From the NCBI RefSeq assembly GCF_009914755.1, contig NC_060928.1: a stretch of 64,000 bases of DNA; one strand, written 5' to 3'. The number at the start of each line of letters is the position of its first letter. Positions within the stretch are counted from its first letter, which is position 1. Origin of the DNA: the human T2T-CHM13v2.0 reference genome, Homo sapiens. Positions 1 through 20,883 of this stretch are shown here, in pieces. Both the position numbers and the translations under genes were made by a program. The notes below the pieces were generated by a model, which had not been told where the DNA came from, ran no database searches, and saw nothing but the letters and a program-made list of their open reading frames with translations.

Positions 1-70
1 ATGCAAAATGCACTGGAAAGTCTCAGCAATAGAATTGAACAAGTAGAAGAAAGAACCTCAGGATCTATAT

Positions 71-1107
71 TTCCAAGATGGCCAAATAGGAACAGCTCCA
101 GTCTGCAGCTCCCAGCGTGATCAACGCAAAAGACAGGTGATTTCTGCATTTCCAACTAAGGTACCTGGTTCATCTCACTGGGACTCATTGGACAGTGGGT
201 GCAGCCCATGGAGGGCAAGCCAAAGCAGAGCAGGCTGTCACTTCACCCAGGAAGCACAAGGGGATGGGTGATTTCCCTTTCCTAGCTAAGGGAAGACTTA
301 ACAGACTGTACCGGACAAAACAGGACACTCCCTGCACAAATACTGCACTTTTCCCATGGTCTTAGCTACTGGCAGACCAGGAGATTCTCTCCCGTGCCTG
401 GCTCAGCGTCTCCCACAACCATGGAGCCTTATTCACTGCTAGCGCAGCAGTCTGAGATTGACCTGCAAGGTTGCAGCCTGGTGGGGGGAGGGGGTCTGCC
501 ATTGCTGAAGCTTGAGTAGGTAAACAAAGCAGCCAGGAAGCTCAAACTGTCAAACTGGGTGGAACCTACCACAACTCAGCAAGGCCTGCTGCCTCTATAG
601 ACTTTACATCTCTAGGCAGGGCCTAGCTGAAGAAAAGCCAGCAGAAATGTGTGCAGACTTATATGTCCCTGGCTGAGAACTCTGAAGGGCATACTGGTTC
701 TCCCGGCATGGTGTTTGAGATCTGAGAATGGACAGACTGCCTCCTCAAGTGGGTCCCTGACCCCCATGTAGCCTAACTGGGAGACACCTCAAAGTAGGGG
801 CCAACAGACACCTCATAAAGGCAGGTGCCCCTCTGGGACAAAGCTTCCGCTGGAAGGATCAGGCAGCAATATTTGCTGTTATGCAATATTTGCAGTTCTG
901 CAGCCTCTGCTGGTGATACCCAGGCAAACGGGCTGCAGTTGACCTCCAGGAAACTCCAACAGACCTGAAGTTGAGGGACCTGATTGTTAGAAGGAAAACT
1001 AACAAACAGAAAGGAATAGCATCAACATCAACAAAAGGGATATCCACAATAAAACCCTATCTGTAGGTCACCAACATCAAAGACCAAAGGTAGATAAAAC
1101 CACAAAG
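71..1107 (+). promoter_or_regulatory. L1 5' UTR internal promoter with YY1 site; CpG-depleted
   Basis: YY1 core aagatggc at 75-82. The UTR is ~1040 bp up to the ORF1 ATG at 1108. Confidence 0.75.
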
Positions 1108-2138
1108 ATGGGGAGAAAACAGAGCAGAAAAGCTGAAAATTCTAAAAACCAGAGTGCCTCTTCTGCTCCAAAGGATTGCAGCTCCTTGCCAGGCCAGTGA
1201 TGGAACAAAGTTGGATGAAGAATGACATTGATCAGTTGACAGAAATAGGCTTCAGAAGGTGAGTAAAAACAAACTTCTCTGAGCTAAAGGAGCATGTTCT
1301 AACCCATCTCAAAGAAGCTAAAAGCCTTGAAAAAAGATTAGACGAATGGCTAACTAGAATAAACAGTGTAGAGAAGAACTTAAAGGACCTGATGGAGCTC
1401 AAAACCATGGAACGAGAACTTTGTAACACATGCACAAGCTTCAATAGCTGATTCAATCAAGTGGAAGAAAGGATATCAGTGATTGAAGATCAAATGAATG
1501 AAATAAACCAAGAAGACAAGTGTGGAGAAAAAAGAGTAAAAAGAACTGAACAAAGCCTCCAAGAAATATGAGACTATGTGAAAAGACCAAATCTATGTTT
1601 GATTGGTGTACCTGAAAGTGACAGGGAGAATGGAACCAAATTGGAAAACACTCTTCAGGATATTATCCAGGAGAACTTCCCCAACCTAGCAAGGCAGGCC
1701 AACATTCAAATTCAGAAAATATAGAAAACACCGCAAAGATACTCCTTGAGAAGAGCAACCCCAAGACACATAATTATCAGATGTACCAAGGTTGAAATGA
1801 AGGAAAAAATGTTAAGGGCAGCCAGAGAGAAAGATCAGGTTACCCATAAAGGGAAGCCCATCAGACTAACAGCAGATCTCTTGGCAGAAACCCTACAAGC
1901 AGGAAGAGAGTGAGGACTAACATTCAACATTCTTAAAGAAAAGAATTTTCAACCCAGAATCTCATATACAGCCAAGTTAAGCTTCATAAGTGAAGGAGAA
2001 ATAAAATCCTTTACAGACAACAAAATGCTGAGAGATTTTGTCACCACCAGGCTTGCCCTACAAGAGCTCCTGAAGGAAGTACTGAACATGGAAAGGAACA
2101 ACCGGTACCAGCCACTGCAAAAACATGCCAAATTGTAA
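1108..2138 (+). pseudogene. L1 ORF1p (RNA-binding protein), disrupted
   Basis: atggggagaaaacagagc start and catgccaaattgtaa end match L1PA ORF1. No long ORF in the track. Confidence 0.9.
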
Positions 2139-2201
2139 AGACCATCGATGCTATGAAGAAACTGAATCGCTTAATGTGCAAAATAACCAGCTAACATCAT
2201 A

Positions 2202-5995
<3,794 letters not shown>

Positions 5996-6214
5996 ACAAT
6001 GAGTACACTTGGACACAGGGCAGGGAACATCACACACTGTGGCCTGTCAGGAGGAGGGGGTGGCTGCAGAAGGGATAGCATTAGGAGAAATACCTAATGT
6101 AAATGACCAGTTGATGGGTGTAGCAAACCAACAAGGCACATGTATACCTATGTAACAAACCTGCACATTGTGCACATGTACCCTAGAACTTAAAGTATAA
6201 TTAAAAAAAAAAAA

Positions 6215-6934
<720 letters not shown>

Positions 6935-6983
6935 CCTCAGAGCTCAAAGACAAGGATTTTGAATTAACCCAATCTGTTAATAT

Positions 6984-9582
<2,599 letters not shown>

Positions 9583-11597
9583 GTCAAAGACAAAGAAAGA
9601 AAGAAGAAAAAAATGAACAAAGCCTCTAAGAAGTTTGGGACTATGATAAACATCTAAACCTAGGAATAATTGGTGTTCCCAAGGAATAAGAGAAATCTAA
9701 AACTGTGGAAAACATATTTGAGGGAATAATCAAGGAAAACTTCCCTGGCCTTTCTAGAGATCTAGACATCCCAATACAAGAAGCTCAAGGAACACTTGGG
9801 AAAATTATTGCAAAAAGATCATCACCTATGCACATAGTCATCAGATTATCTAATGTCAAGATGAAGGAAAGAATCTTAAGAGCTGTGAGGCAAAAGCATC
9901 AGGTAACCTAGAAAGGAAAACCTATCAGATTAATAGCGGATTTCTCAGCTGAAACCCTACAAACTAGAAAACATTGGGGTTCTATTTTTAGCTTCCTTAA
10001 ACAAAACAATTATCAGCCAAGAATTTTTTATCCAGTGAAACTTAGCTTCATAAATGAAGGAAAGATAGTCTTTCCCAGATAAAGAAATGCTGAAAGAATT
10101 CACCACTACCAAGCCAGCATTACAAGAACTGCTAAAAGGACCTCTAAATCTCAAAACAAATCCTAAAAGTACACCAAAATAGAACCTCCTTAAAGAATCT
10201 CACAAGACCTATATAACAATAACACAATGAAAAAAACCCAAGGTATTCAGGCAATAAATAGCACAATGAATAGAGTAGTACCTCACATCTCAATACCAAC
10301 ATTGAATGTAAATGGCCTAAATGCTCCACTTAAAACATACAGGATGGCAGAATGGATAAGAATTTACTAACCAAGTTTCTGCTGTCTTCAGGAGACTCAC
10401 CTAACACATAAAGAATCACATAAACTTAAGGGGGTAGAAAAAGATATTCCATACAAATGGACACCAAAAGCAAGCAGGAGTAGTGATTTTTATATGAGAC
10501 AAAACAATAAATAAAGTAATAAATAAATAAAGTAATAGCAGTTAAAAAAGACAAACAGGGACATTATATAATGATAAAAGGACTAGTCTAATAGGAAAAT
10601 ATCACAATTGTAAATGTATATGCACCTAACACTAGAACTCCCAAATTTATAAAACAATTACTACTAGACCTAAGAAACAAGATAGATGGCAATACAATAA
10701 TAGGGGGTCACCTTAACACTCCAGTGACATCATTAGATAGGTCATCAAGACAGAAAGTCAAAAAAGAACATACTTAAATTATATTGTACAACAAATGGAC
10801 TTAACAGATATTTACTGAACATTCTACCCAACAACTGCAGAATATACATTCATCAGCACATGGAACAGTCTCCAAGATAGATCATATGATAGGTCACAAA
10901 ACAAATCTCAGTAAATTTAAGAAAGTGGAAATTATATCAAGCTCTCTCAGAACACAGTAGAATAAAATTTGAAATCAACTCCAAAAAGGAGCCCTCAAAA
11001 CCGTGCAAATTCATAAAAATTAAATAACCTTCTCCTGAATGATTGTTGGGTCAATAATAAAATCAAGATGGAAATTAAAAAATTCTTTGAACTGAACAAT
11101 AATAGTGGCACAACTTATCAAAACCTCAGGGATACAGCTGATGCGGTGCTAAGAGTAAAGTTCATAGCATCAAATGCCTACCTCGAAATGTCTGAAAGTG
11201 CACAAATAGACAATGTAAAGTCACAACTCATGGAACTGGAGAAACAAGAACAATACAACAATCTAAATCCAAACCCAGCAGAAGAAAATAACAAGGATCA
11301 AGGCAGAACTAAATGAAATTGAAACAAGCAAACAAAAACAATACAAAAGATAAATGAAACAAAAAGCTGGTTATTTGAAAAAATAAATAAAATTAATAAA
11401 CAATTAGTGAATTTAACCAAAAAAGAAAAGAGGAGATCCAAATAAGCTCAATTAGAAACAAAATGGGAGATACTACAACTAATACCACAGAAATACAAAA
11501 GATTATTCAAGGCTACTATGAATACCTTTACATGCATAAACTAGAAAATCTAGAGGAGATGGATAAATTCCTGGAAATATACAACCTTCCTAGATTA

Positions 11598-12014
<417 letters not shown>

Positions 12015-14968
12015 TCACAGCTGAATTATATCAGACATTCAAATAAGAATTGGTACCAATCCTATTGACACTATTCCAAAAGATAGAGAGAGAGGGCATC
12101 TTCCCTAAATCATTCTATGAGGCCAGTATCACCCTAATACCAAAACCAGGAAAGGACATTAACCAAAAAAGAAAACTATAGACCAATATCCCTGATGAAC
12201 ATAGATGCCAAAATCCTTAACAAAATACAGCAAACTGAATTCAACCACATGTCAAAAAGAGAATCCACCATGATCAAGTGGATTTTATACCAGGAATGCA
12301 GGGATGGTTTAACATACACAAGTCAATAAATGTGATACACCACAAAAACAGAATTAAAAACAATAATTACAGTATCATCTTAATAGACACAGAAAAAGCA
12401 TTAGACAAAATCCAGCATCCCTTTATGTTTAAAACCCTCAGCAAAATAGGTATAGAAGGGAAAACATTAAGGTAATAAAAGCCATTTATGACAAACCCAC
12501 AGCCAACATTATACTGAATGGGGAAAAGTTGAAAGCATTGCCCCTAAGTACTGGAACAAGACAAGGATGCCCACTCTCAACACTCCTTGTCAACATTGTG
12601 CTAGAAGTGCTAGCCAGAGCAATCAGAGAAGAGAAAGAAATAAAGGGCAGCTAAATCAGTAAAGAGGAAGTCAAACTGTCACTGTTTGTTGATGACATGA
12701 TCTTTTACCTAGAAAACCCTAAAGACTCATCTAAAAATCTCCTAGAACTGGTAAATGGATTCAGCAAAGTTTCAGGCTACAAAGTTAGTGTACACAAATC
12801 AGTAGCCCTGCTAAACACCAACAGTGACTAAGCTGAGAATCAAATAAAAAACTCAGCCTTTTTCACAATAGCTGAAAAAAAAACCCCAAAAACTTAGGAA
12901 CATACATAACCAAGGATGTGAAAGACCTCTACAAGGAAAACTACAAAACACTGCTGAAAGAAATCATAAATGACACAAACAAATGGAAACACATCCCATG
13001 CTCATGGATGGGTAGAATCTATATTGTGAAAATGAACATACTGCCAAAAACAATCTACAAATTCAATGCAATTCCAACATCATACTGAATGGGGAAAAGT
13101 TGAAAGCATTGCCCCTAAGAACTGGAACAAGACAAGGACGCCCACTCTCACCATTTCTCTTCAACATGGTGCTAGAAGTGCTACCCAGAGCAATCAGAGC
13201 AACAAAATACCACCATGATTCTTCACAAAACTAGAGAAAACAGTCCTAAAATTCATATGGAACCAAAAAAGAGCCTGCATAGCCAAAGCAAGACAAAGCA
13301 AAAAGAACAAATCTGGAAGCATAATATTACCTGACTTCAAACTTATACTATAAGGTCATAGTCACCAAAACAGCATGGTACTGGTATGAAAATAGGGACA
13401 TAGACCAGTGGAACAGAATAGAGAACCCAGAAATGAAGCCAAATACTTACAGCCAACTGATCTTTGACAAAGCAAACAAAAACATAAAGTGGGGAAAGGA
13501 CACTCTATTCAACAAATGGTGCTGGGATATTTGGTAAGCCACATGTAGAAGAATAAAACCGGATCCTCGTCTCTCACTTCATACAAAAATCAACTCAAGA
13601 TGGATCAAAGACTTTAATCTAAGACCTGAAACCATGAAGATTCTAGAAGATAACAGTGGAAAAGCCCTTCTAGATGTTGGCTTAGGCAAAGAGTTCATGA
13701 CCAAGAACCCAAAAACAAATGCAATAAAAACAAAGATAATAGGTGTGACTTAATTAAATTAAAAAGCTTCTGCACAGCAAAAGGAATAATCAACAGAGTT
13801 AACAGACAACCCACAGAATGGAAGAAGGTCTTCACAATCTATATATCCAGCGAAGGACTAGTATCCAGAATCTACAAAGAACTCAAACAAATCAGCAAGA
13901 AAAAACAAACAATATCACCAAAAAGTGGGCTAAGGACAAGAATGGACAATTATCAAAAGAAGATACACAAATGGCCAACAAGCATATGGAAAAATGCTCA
14001 ACATCACTAATGATCAGGGAAATGCAATTCAAAACAACAGTATGATACCACCTCACTCCTGCAAGAATAGCCATGATCAAAAAATTAAAAAAAAAAAAGA
14101 GATATTGGCATGGAGGCAGTGAAAAGGGAACACTTTTAAACTGTTGATGGGAATATAAACTAGTACAACCACTATGGAAAACAGTGTGGAGTTTCCTTAA
14201 AGAACTAAAAGTTGATCTACCATTTGATCCAGCAATCCCAATACTAGGTATCTAACCAGAGGAAAAGAAGTCATTATATGAAAAAGCTACTTGCATATGC
14301 ATGTTTAGAGCAGCACAATTTGCAGTTGCAAAAATATGGAACCAGCCCAAATGCCCATAAATCAATGAGTGGATAAAGAAAATCTGTTATATATATACCA
14401 TGGGATACTGCTAAGCCATAAAAAGGAACAAAATAATGGCATTTGCAGCAAACTGGATGGAATTGGAGACTATTATTCTAAGTGAAGCAACTCAGGAATG
14501 GAAAACCAAACATCATATGTTCACACTCATACGTGGGAGCTAAGTTATGAGGATGCAAAGGCATAAGAATGATACACTGAACTTTGGGGACTCAGGGGAA
14601 AACGTTGTGGGTGGGAAGGGATAGAAGACTACACATTGGCTACAGTGTACACTGCTCAGGTGTTGGGTGTAGTAAAATCTCAGAAATCACCACTAAAGAA
14701 CTTATTCATGTAACCAAACACCATCTGCTCCCCCAAAACCTATTGAAATTAAAAATAAATAAATAAAAGTTAATGTTTGTCTCTCTTTTTAAAACTATAT
14801 AGTTTTAAATTTTAAATATTTACTAAGGCAATAAATTAAAAAAATTTAATTGTTTTGAATTCAGTAAATGTGTTAAGCAATATATTTTTTAGAGCTTAGA
14901 ATCAAGAAACATTTTATCTGCCAATTTCTTGATTATTTTGCTGCCTGTTTTTTCTGTGACTAAAGCAT

Positions 14969-15692
14969 TGTAGTCACCTGAAGAGGTCTTTTGGCCCACT
15001 GTACAGACAAAACCAATCCACTGAGACCACACTATTGCAGTAAAGAAAGAGCTTAATTAACAGGAGACTGGTGACATGGGAGAACTAAAGTTATCACTCA
15101 AATCAGTATCCCTGAAGGCTTGGAGGCTAGGGATTTTCAAGGATAGTTTTGTTGGCAGGCAGGTAGGAAATTGGGAATATTGATTTGTTGGGAATGAAAT
15201 CATAGAGGTGTGGAAAGTAGCCCTTGTGCACTGAGTCAGCCCAGGGGCAGGCTACAGGACTGGCTGAGTCACGAGTCTCAGGTCCAGGTAGAGTCAGTCA
15301 GTTGCCAGAAATGCAGAAGTCTGAAAAACATCTCAAAAGGCCAATCTTAAGTTCTACAATAGTCATGTTATCTACAGGAGTAATTGCAGAAGTTACAAAT
15401 CTTGTGACCTCTGGAACGTTGGTTATCATTCAACTATGCCTATATCTTAGTAGAATTCAGGCCCCTCTCATAATCTTAACCTTGTGGGCTTTCATTAGTT
15501 TTACAAAGGTGGTTTAGCTTTGGGAAGGGCTATCATCATCCTTGCTTTAAATTTAAACTATAAACTAAATTCCTCCCAAAGAGAGTGTGGCCTATGCTCA
15601 GGAGTGACCAAATACAGCTTGGAAATTAGAAGCAAGATGGAGTCAACTACAGCAGTTTTTTCTTACTCTCATAATTTACAAAGTCAGTTTCA
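14969..15692 (-). mobile_element. ERV1 solo LTR, LTR8/MER50-like
   Basis: TG...CA ends. Motifs actcaaatcagtatccctgaag and aaacatctcaaaaggccaatcttaagttctacaatag match recalled LTR8-group sequence. Confidence 0.7.
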
Positions 15693-15939
15693 GTTTTTCA
15701 CAGAGGGATATAGAATGAATTTCAGAGTTTTCCTTTAAGGAGAAGGACTAGTATCCAGAATCTACAAAGTCCTGGTCCTTTTAAAACCGTGATTACATTA
15801 TCTTACAAAACTTGTTGTTTCCAGTGCCTAAGAATGGCAAGTACTCATGATGAATATGCTGGATAGGTCTGCATGAAAAATCTTTTGTTCCAGGGCTCAA
15901 CAAATATGTTTTACCATTAAAAGTATTTTAGAAGTTCTC

Positions 15940-16233
15940 AGCCAGGCACGGTGGCTCATGCCTGTGATCCCAGCATTTTGAGAGGCTGAGGAGGGAGGAT
16001 CACTTGAGCCAAGGAGTTCAAGATCAGCCTGGTCAACACAGCAAACTCTGTCTCTACAAAAAAATACAAAAATTAGCCAGGCATGGTGGTGCACGCCTGT
16101 AGTCCCAGCTACTCTGGGAGGCTAAAGTGGGAGAATTGCTTGAGCTGGGGAGGTCCAGGCTTCAGTAAGCTATGACTTCACTCCAGCCTGCATTCCAGCT
16201 TGGGTGACAGAGCAAGGCCCTGTCTCAAAAAAA
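15940..16233 (+). mobile_element. Alu (AluJ-like)
   Basis: ggaggatcacttgagccaaggagttc; dimeric Alu with an A tail. Confidence 0.92.
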
Positions 16234-16239
16234 TTAAGG

Positions 16240-18260
16240 AGAATTCAAAAAGAATAACAACTGAAAGACTGTTTTATAGTCACATCAATAATGGTAGAAA
16301 GCATAATGAAAACCAAGATTATATACAGAGCAACAGCAACAGAAATAATTAACTCTTAATAATATCAAATAGAAATTGCATTTTATACAGAAAACTACAA
16401 AAGTGAGAAAAATATTTAAATAAATGAAGAAATATGTTTCTCCATGTGAAAACCAAATATTATAGAGATGTGAACTATTTACCAATTTGTTGATAGGTTT
16501 AATAAAAATGTCACTTCTTTTTAGGTTTTGATGAAGGGATTCTGTAATTCATATGGAAAAGTAAATGGGGAAGAATTGCTTTAAAAGTTAGAAAAAATAT
16601 GTTATATAAAATGTATTAAATATCTAAAAAAAATTATAAGTCTTACATAATCATTAAAGTGATAGTGACAAAGAAAATAGTCCAGAAGGAGCTCCAGGAG
16701 AATAAAAATTTAATGTATGTGAAGTTAGAAACTGTGATGGGACTGTTTCTCTATCAGCACGATTATATATTTAGATATGTAGATAATTTAGATAGGAAGA
16801 TGGATAGTAGAATACTTAACAGAAACACCTGCAGACAATCAGAGATCAGAGGTTTTTTTTTACTCAAAGCTAAAACAGCCCTTAGAGATGATGAGAGGTG
16901 TATGGATAAATACTAAAATATGCTGTGGGATTGCACTGTAGGCTAGGGACCCAGAGCTTTACATTTCTCCTTTTATCTAGAAGAGGAGAAGATCTGTCCC
17001 TCTTTCTGTTAGGAGATAGGAGAAGAAAAATCCTGGGTTCTTAAGTTTGTAGTGCAAATGAATATCTTCAGGGGCAAGATAAGTCTAGTTCTCCAAGTTT
17101 GCAACCCAGAATTGTCTCTTTTGAAATATAAATACAAGGAAAGATAACACTCTAAACCCTTCCAGGAGTCTAAGCATTATTCAATCACCCTTTCCTTTAA
17201 CTCAGGTTCCCATTCTGGAATGCAACCATTTGGCTCCTAGGGGATAAGAGGTTTGTTATCTTTTGAATGGAAGCAATTAGTTCCACAATTAAGGAGGCAA
17301 ATGGCTGAAGATGTAATATTTGGGCATATGAAAAGGAATTTTTTTCTGGAGAAAGTAAAACCAAATATTTTCTAATTCACAATGTACAGCTCAGGAGGCC
17401 GACATTTTGCAGGAAAACCTAGAAATCCAGGGAAGATTTATTTTTCCATAATATACATGAACCATATATTAACATATAGTAAAGATTTTCAATAAATAGT
17501 ACTAGAAGAAATGAAGTTATAATTTGGGGAACTTCATCTAAAGTGCTTAAAGAGTTAAATGTAAAAAAATCAGTTTATAAAGAGCCTATAAGAAAATAAA
17601 AATGAATACACTGTCAAATGTTTGCATAAGGAAAGAGTTTCCAGACTTAAAAGTAATATAAGAGGTCAGAAGGGAAAAGATAATAGATTTAATTGTATTA
17701 AGACATAAATTGTCTATAAGCCAAATACATAAATTAAAAGTCAAACAAAAATTATCTCAATAACTATGACAGACAAGAGATAAATGTTTCTAAAAGACAT
17801 GACTGCTCTATTAAAGTATTCCTATAGTTTTTGTGAGTATAAATATATATATTACCTTTTAGAAATTAATTAGTAAAATTATATCTTTAGCCTTAAAAAT
17901 GTTTGTATTCTATGGCATGGTCAATTTCATTTTAGAAATCTATCCTAAGGATATGGATGAAATATGATAAACAGCCTTATGCAAAACACAGTTTCATAAC
18001 TGCTTATTTTTAAAGAAGAAAAATAAAAATAAATGGAATTTTCAACAATACAAATCTTTTCTGTAATAATGGGATATCCATTGATGAAACAGTATATAGT
18101 CAAGAAAATGATATTTACTAAGAGTAATGCTAATGTTATTAAGGTCACCAGAGGAAAAGCAAATTACAAAACACTTATGACACATGATCTCAAGAAAACA
18201 GAGAGGCAGTCTATGGGAAAAATTAAGAATGATTATTTCTTGATTTTAAGATTGTTAGTA
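16240..18260 (+). mobile_element. Highly decayed old L1M fragments, probably with another relic at ~16920-17400
   Basis: A-rich sequence with ORF2-like words (gaaaactacaaaa, gattctgtaattcatatggaaaa). Confidence 0.5.
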
Positions 18261-18653
18261 ACTTTAATTTATTTAATAATATTTCAATTATTTAATTTAA
18301 CTAAATTTATTAATTTAGTTCCTTAGAAATTTTGTGTAGTCTCCAAGCTTTTTGATAAGCACATAATAATTTATAATCATAAAAAGGTGATTATTTTTAA
18401 AGGTGATTATTAAAAGGGGAGTTTGTATAGCTTTTGCATGAACAATGGCAATCAAACAGGGTTTAATTGCTAAAGAGCATTCTCAGTACCCAAAGTGGAA
18501 GTATTTTCAAATCTAGTTTTACAAGAAAAGGATACAATATAGCAACAGCATTAAAGTAAGAATATACATCACAGCCCAAAGCAATATTCTTGGTGTGAAA
18601 CCAAAACCAAAACCAATAGCAGAGACCTTCTGGGATCTTACCAAGATTGGGTA

Positions 18654-19131
18654 TGTTATATATAAAGTTTAGGTGCCGCAAAAGAAACGGAACTTGATTA
18701 TGAAATTTTCTTTTAATTCTGAGCAAGGCAAGTTACTTCTATAAAAGGGTGCACTCTTACAGATGGAGCAGTGGTGAGTGTACACTTGGACAACGGAGGG
18801 GAAACGGTTCTTATCCCTGACGCACGTGGCCCCTGCTTCTGTGTCCTTCCCCTATTGGCTAGGGTTAGACTGCACAGGATAAACTAATTCTGTTTGGCTA
18901 ATTTAAAGAGAGTGACCGGGTGAGTGCTTTGGCGGGAAAAAAAGATGGTTATGCAGGGTGGAGAATGAGTCAGGGCGGAGCAGGTAGCAGGTAATCTGAA
19001 TGAGCCAGGGTGGAGTAGGTAATTGAAAAAGGTTGCTTTACAAGGAAGATGAGTTTAAAAGCAGAGGGCAAATAACTGAACATACTGATATATTGATTCT
19101 TTGAAGAGAAATTTAGAACTTATATCTAACA
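18654..19131 (-). mobile_element. LTR10-family (HERV-I group) solo LTR
   Basis: tgttatatataaagtttaggtgccgcaaaagaaa...gaacttatatctaaca. Flanks ggta/ggca. TGAGTCA-containing repeat unit. Confidence 0.8.
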
Positions 19132-20587
19132 GGCACAAATCATCAGTCTCACTGTTATCAATAAACAATGCTAACAAGCTGGTACAAACTTCCCTGAAAC
19201 TCCTTGGACTCTCGGTTACAAAACAACCTTATTAATTATAATAATTATTTCATGACTTGACCAGAGATCACAGATTTTTGGTAGATCTTTTATTCAGTAA
19301 TATAACACAGGCCCATTCTAGGCTTGCTAAAATTAATCCTTGAGCAGCTTGAAATATTAGGAGATGGCCTGACATGAAGATCAGACATTAGATTTGGGAT
19401 AATAATTTTTTCCAGAGGGTGATGAGTGCATCAGCAGCCCTTTATAATGTGACTGATCCTTAATATGCAGATTTTAGATTGTATTGTTGCCTGTATATCC
19501 CTCTTGCAGCTACTACTGCATATGTACATAGAGCATATATTCAGAGCATCCTGGGACTTGAAGGACATTATTGTGAATTGTCTATTTAAATGCAAATTAG
19601 ATTCACCAGCTGTTGTTGCTACTAGTCTTGGCAACCTTAAGGAGACATTTTATCCTAGCAACCAGAGAGGATACAGATAACAAATTTCACTTTCATGAGA
19701 AAAAACAAAAGGTCAGAAAGCATAGGAGCAATATTTCATGCAAATTCATCTGTTTTACAACAGAATCCCTTTAAATAGAGCTTCAGAAGGCCACAATCAA
19801 TTGCTTCAAAAGACTTTAGCAGAATAACTATCATCATCAAGATGCATGAGGTCAGCAGTTTACAACAACATTTGGTAAGTTCTATTCTAGGCAGTGATTT
19901 TGTTCCATAAGCTAATAGAAATTGTATGAGTGGAGTCAATAACTTAACCCTCCCATTTAAACTCATCAGTGTCGAGTAAGCCAAATTTGCATGAATTTTG
20001 TCTAATTCAACCAGAATTATTTTTAGATTATTAACTTTATCTTCAATTTTACATGGCAAATATTTACTTCACAGTCTACGCTTCTTTGGAAAATTAACAG
20101 CAGAAAATTTTCAAATATTTAAGCCTCTGACAGACTTGAACCCTGGACATGTAAGATTCTTTTCTCACTTGGCAAGCACAAGGCCTCTCTTGAAGCATGT
20201 TTTTAGTGGAAACTTAGTGAATTAAATTAAAATATTTAGTTTAGCATCAAGTTTTGGCATTTATGCAGGTTGTTCTTGAAAACTCTTTCTGGAGTGCAAG
20301 GTTTAATAATTACAATTTCTATAAATAATATTTCTGTCAATTTTCTAAAGAGACCAAATATACGAAAAAAACCCTTTTCATAAAATGTCTAGAAATATTT
20401 TTATGTGTATGTAGATAAATTATAGATATCCTGTGACATAAGAATAGAGGAAAAACTTTCAGAACTCAGGGAGAGCTAAAATATTCATGAGTGTCAAGCA
20501 GAACAGGAATTAACTGCATGGACTAAGCTAATCTTTTTGACTTTTTGTTTAAAATGTTTGCTGATCCTTTTGTTTTGTTTTTCAGAG

Positions 20588-20883
20588 TTTTTTTTTTTTT
20601 CAGATGGAGTCTTACTCTGTCAACCCAGGCTGGAGTTCAGTGGTGAGATCTTGGCTCATCGCAACCTTCGCCTCCTTGATTCAAGCGATTCTCCTGCCTC
20701 AGCCTCCCCAGTACCTGGGATTACATGCATGTGCCACCATGCCTGGCTAATTTTTGTGTTTTTAGTAGAGATGGGGTTTTGCCATGTTGGCCAGGCTGGT
20801 TTCAAACCCCTGACCTCAGGTGATCTGCCTGCCTCAGCCTCCAAAAGTGCTAGGATTACAGTCATGTGCCGCTATGCCCGGCT
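20588..20883 (-). mobile_element. AluSx-like, no TSD found
   Basis: Poly-T followed by an antisense Alu body (cctgacctcaggtgatctgcc). Confidence 0.93.
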
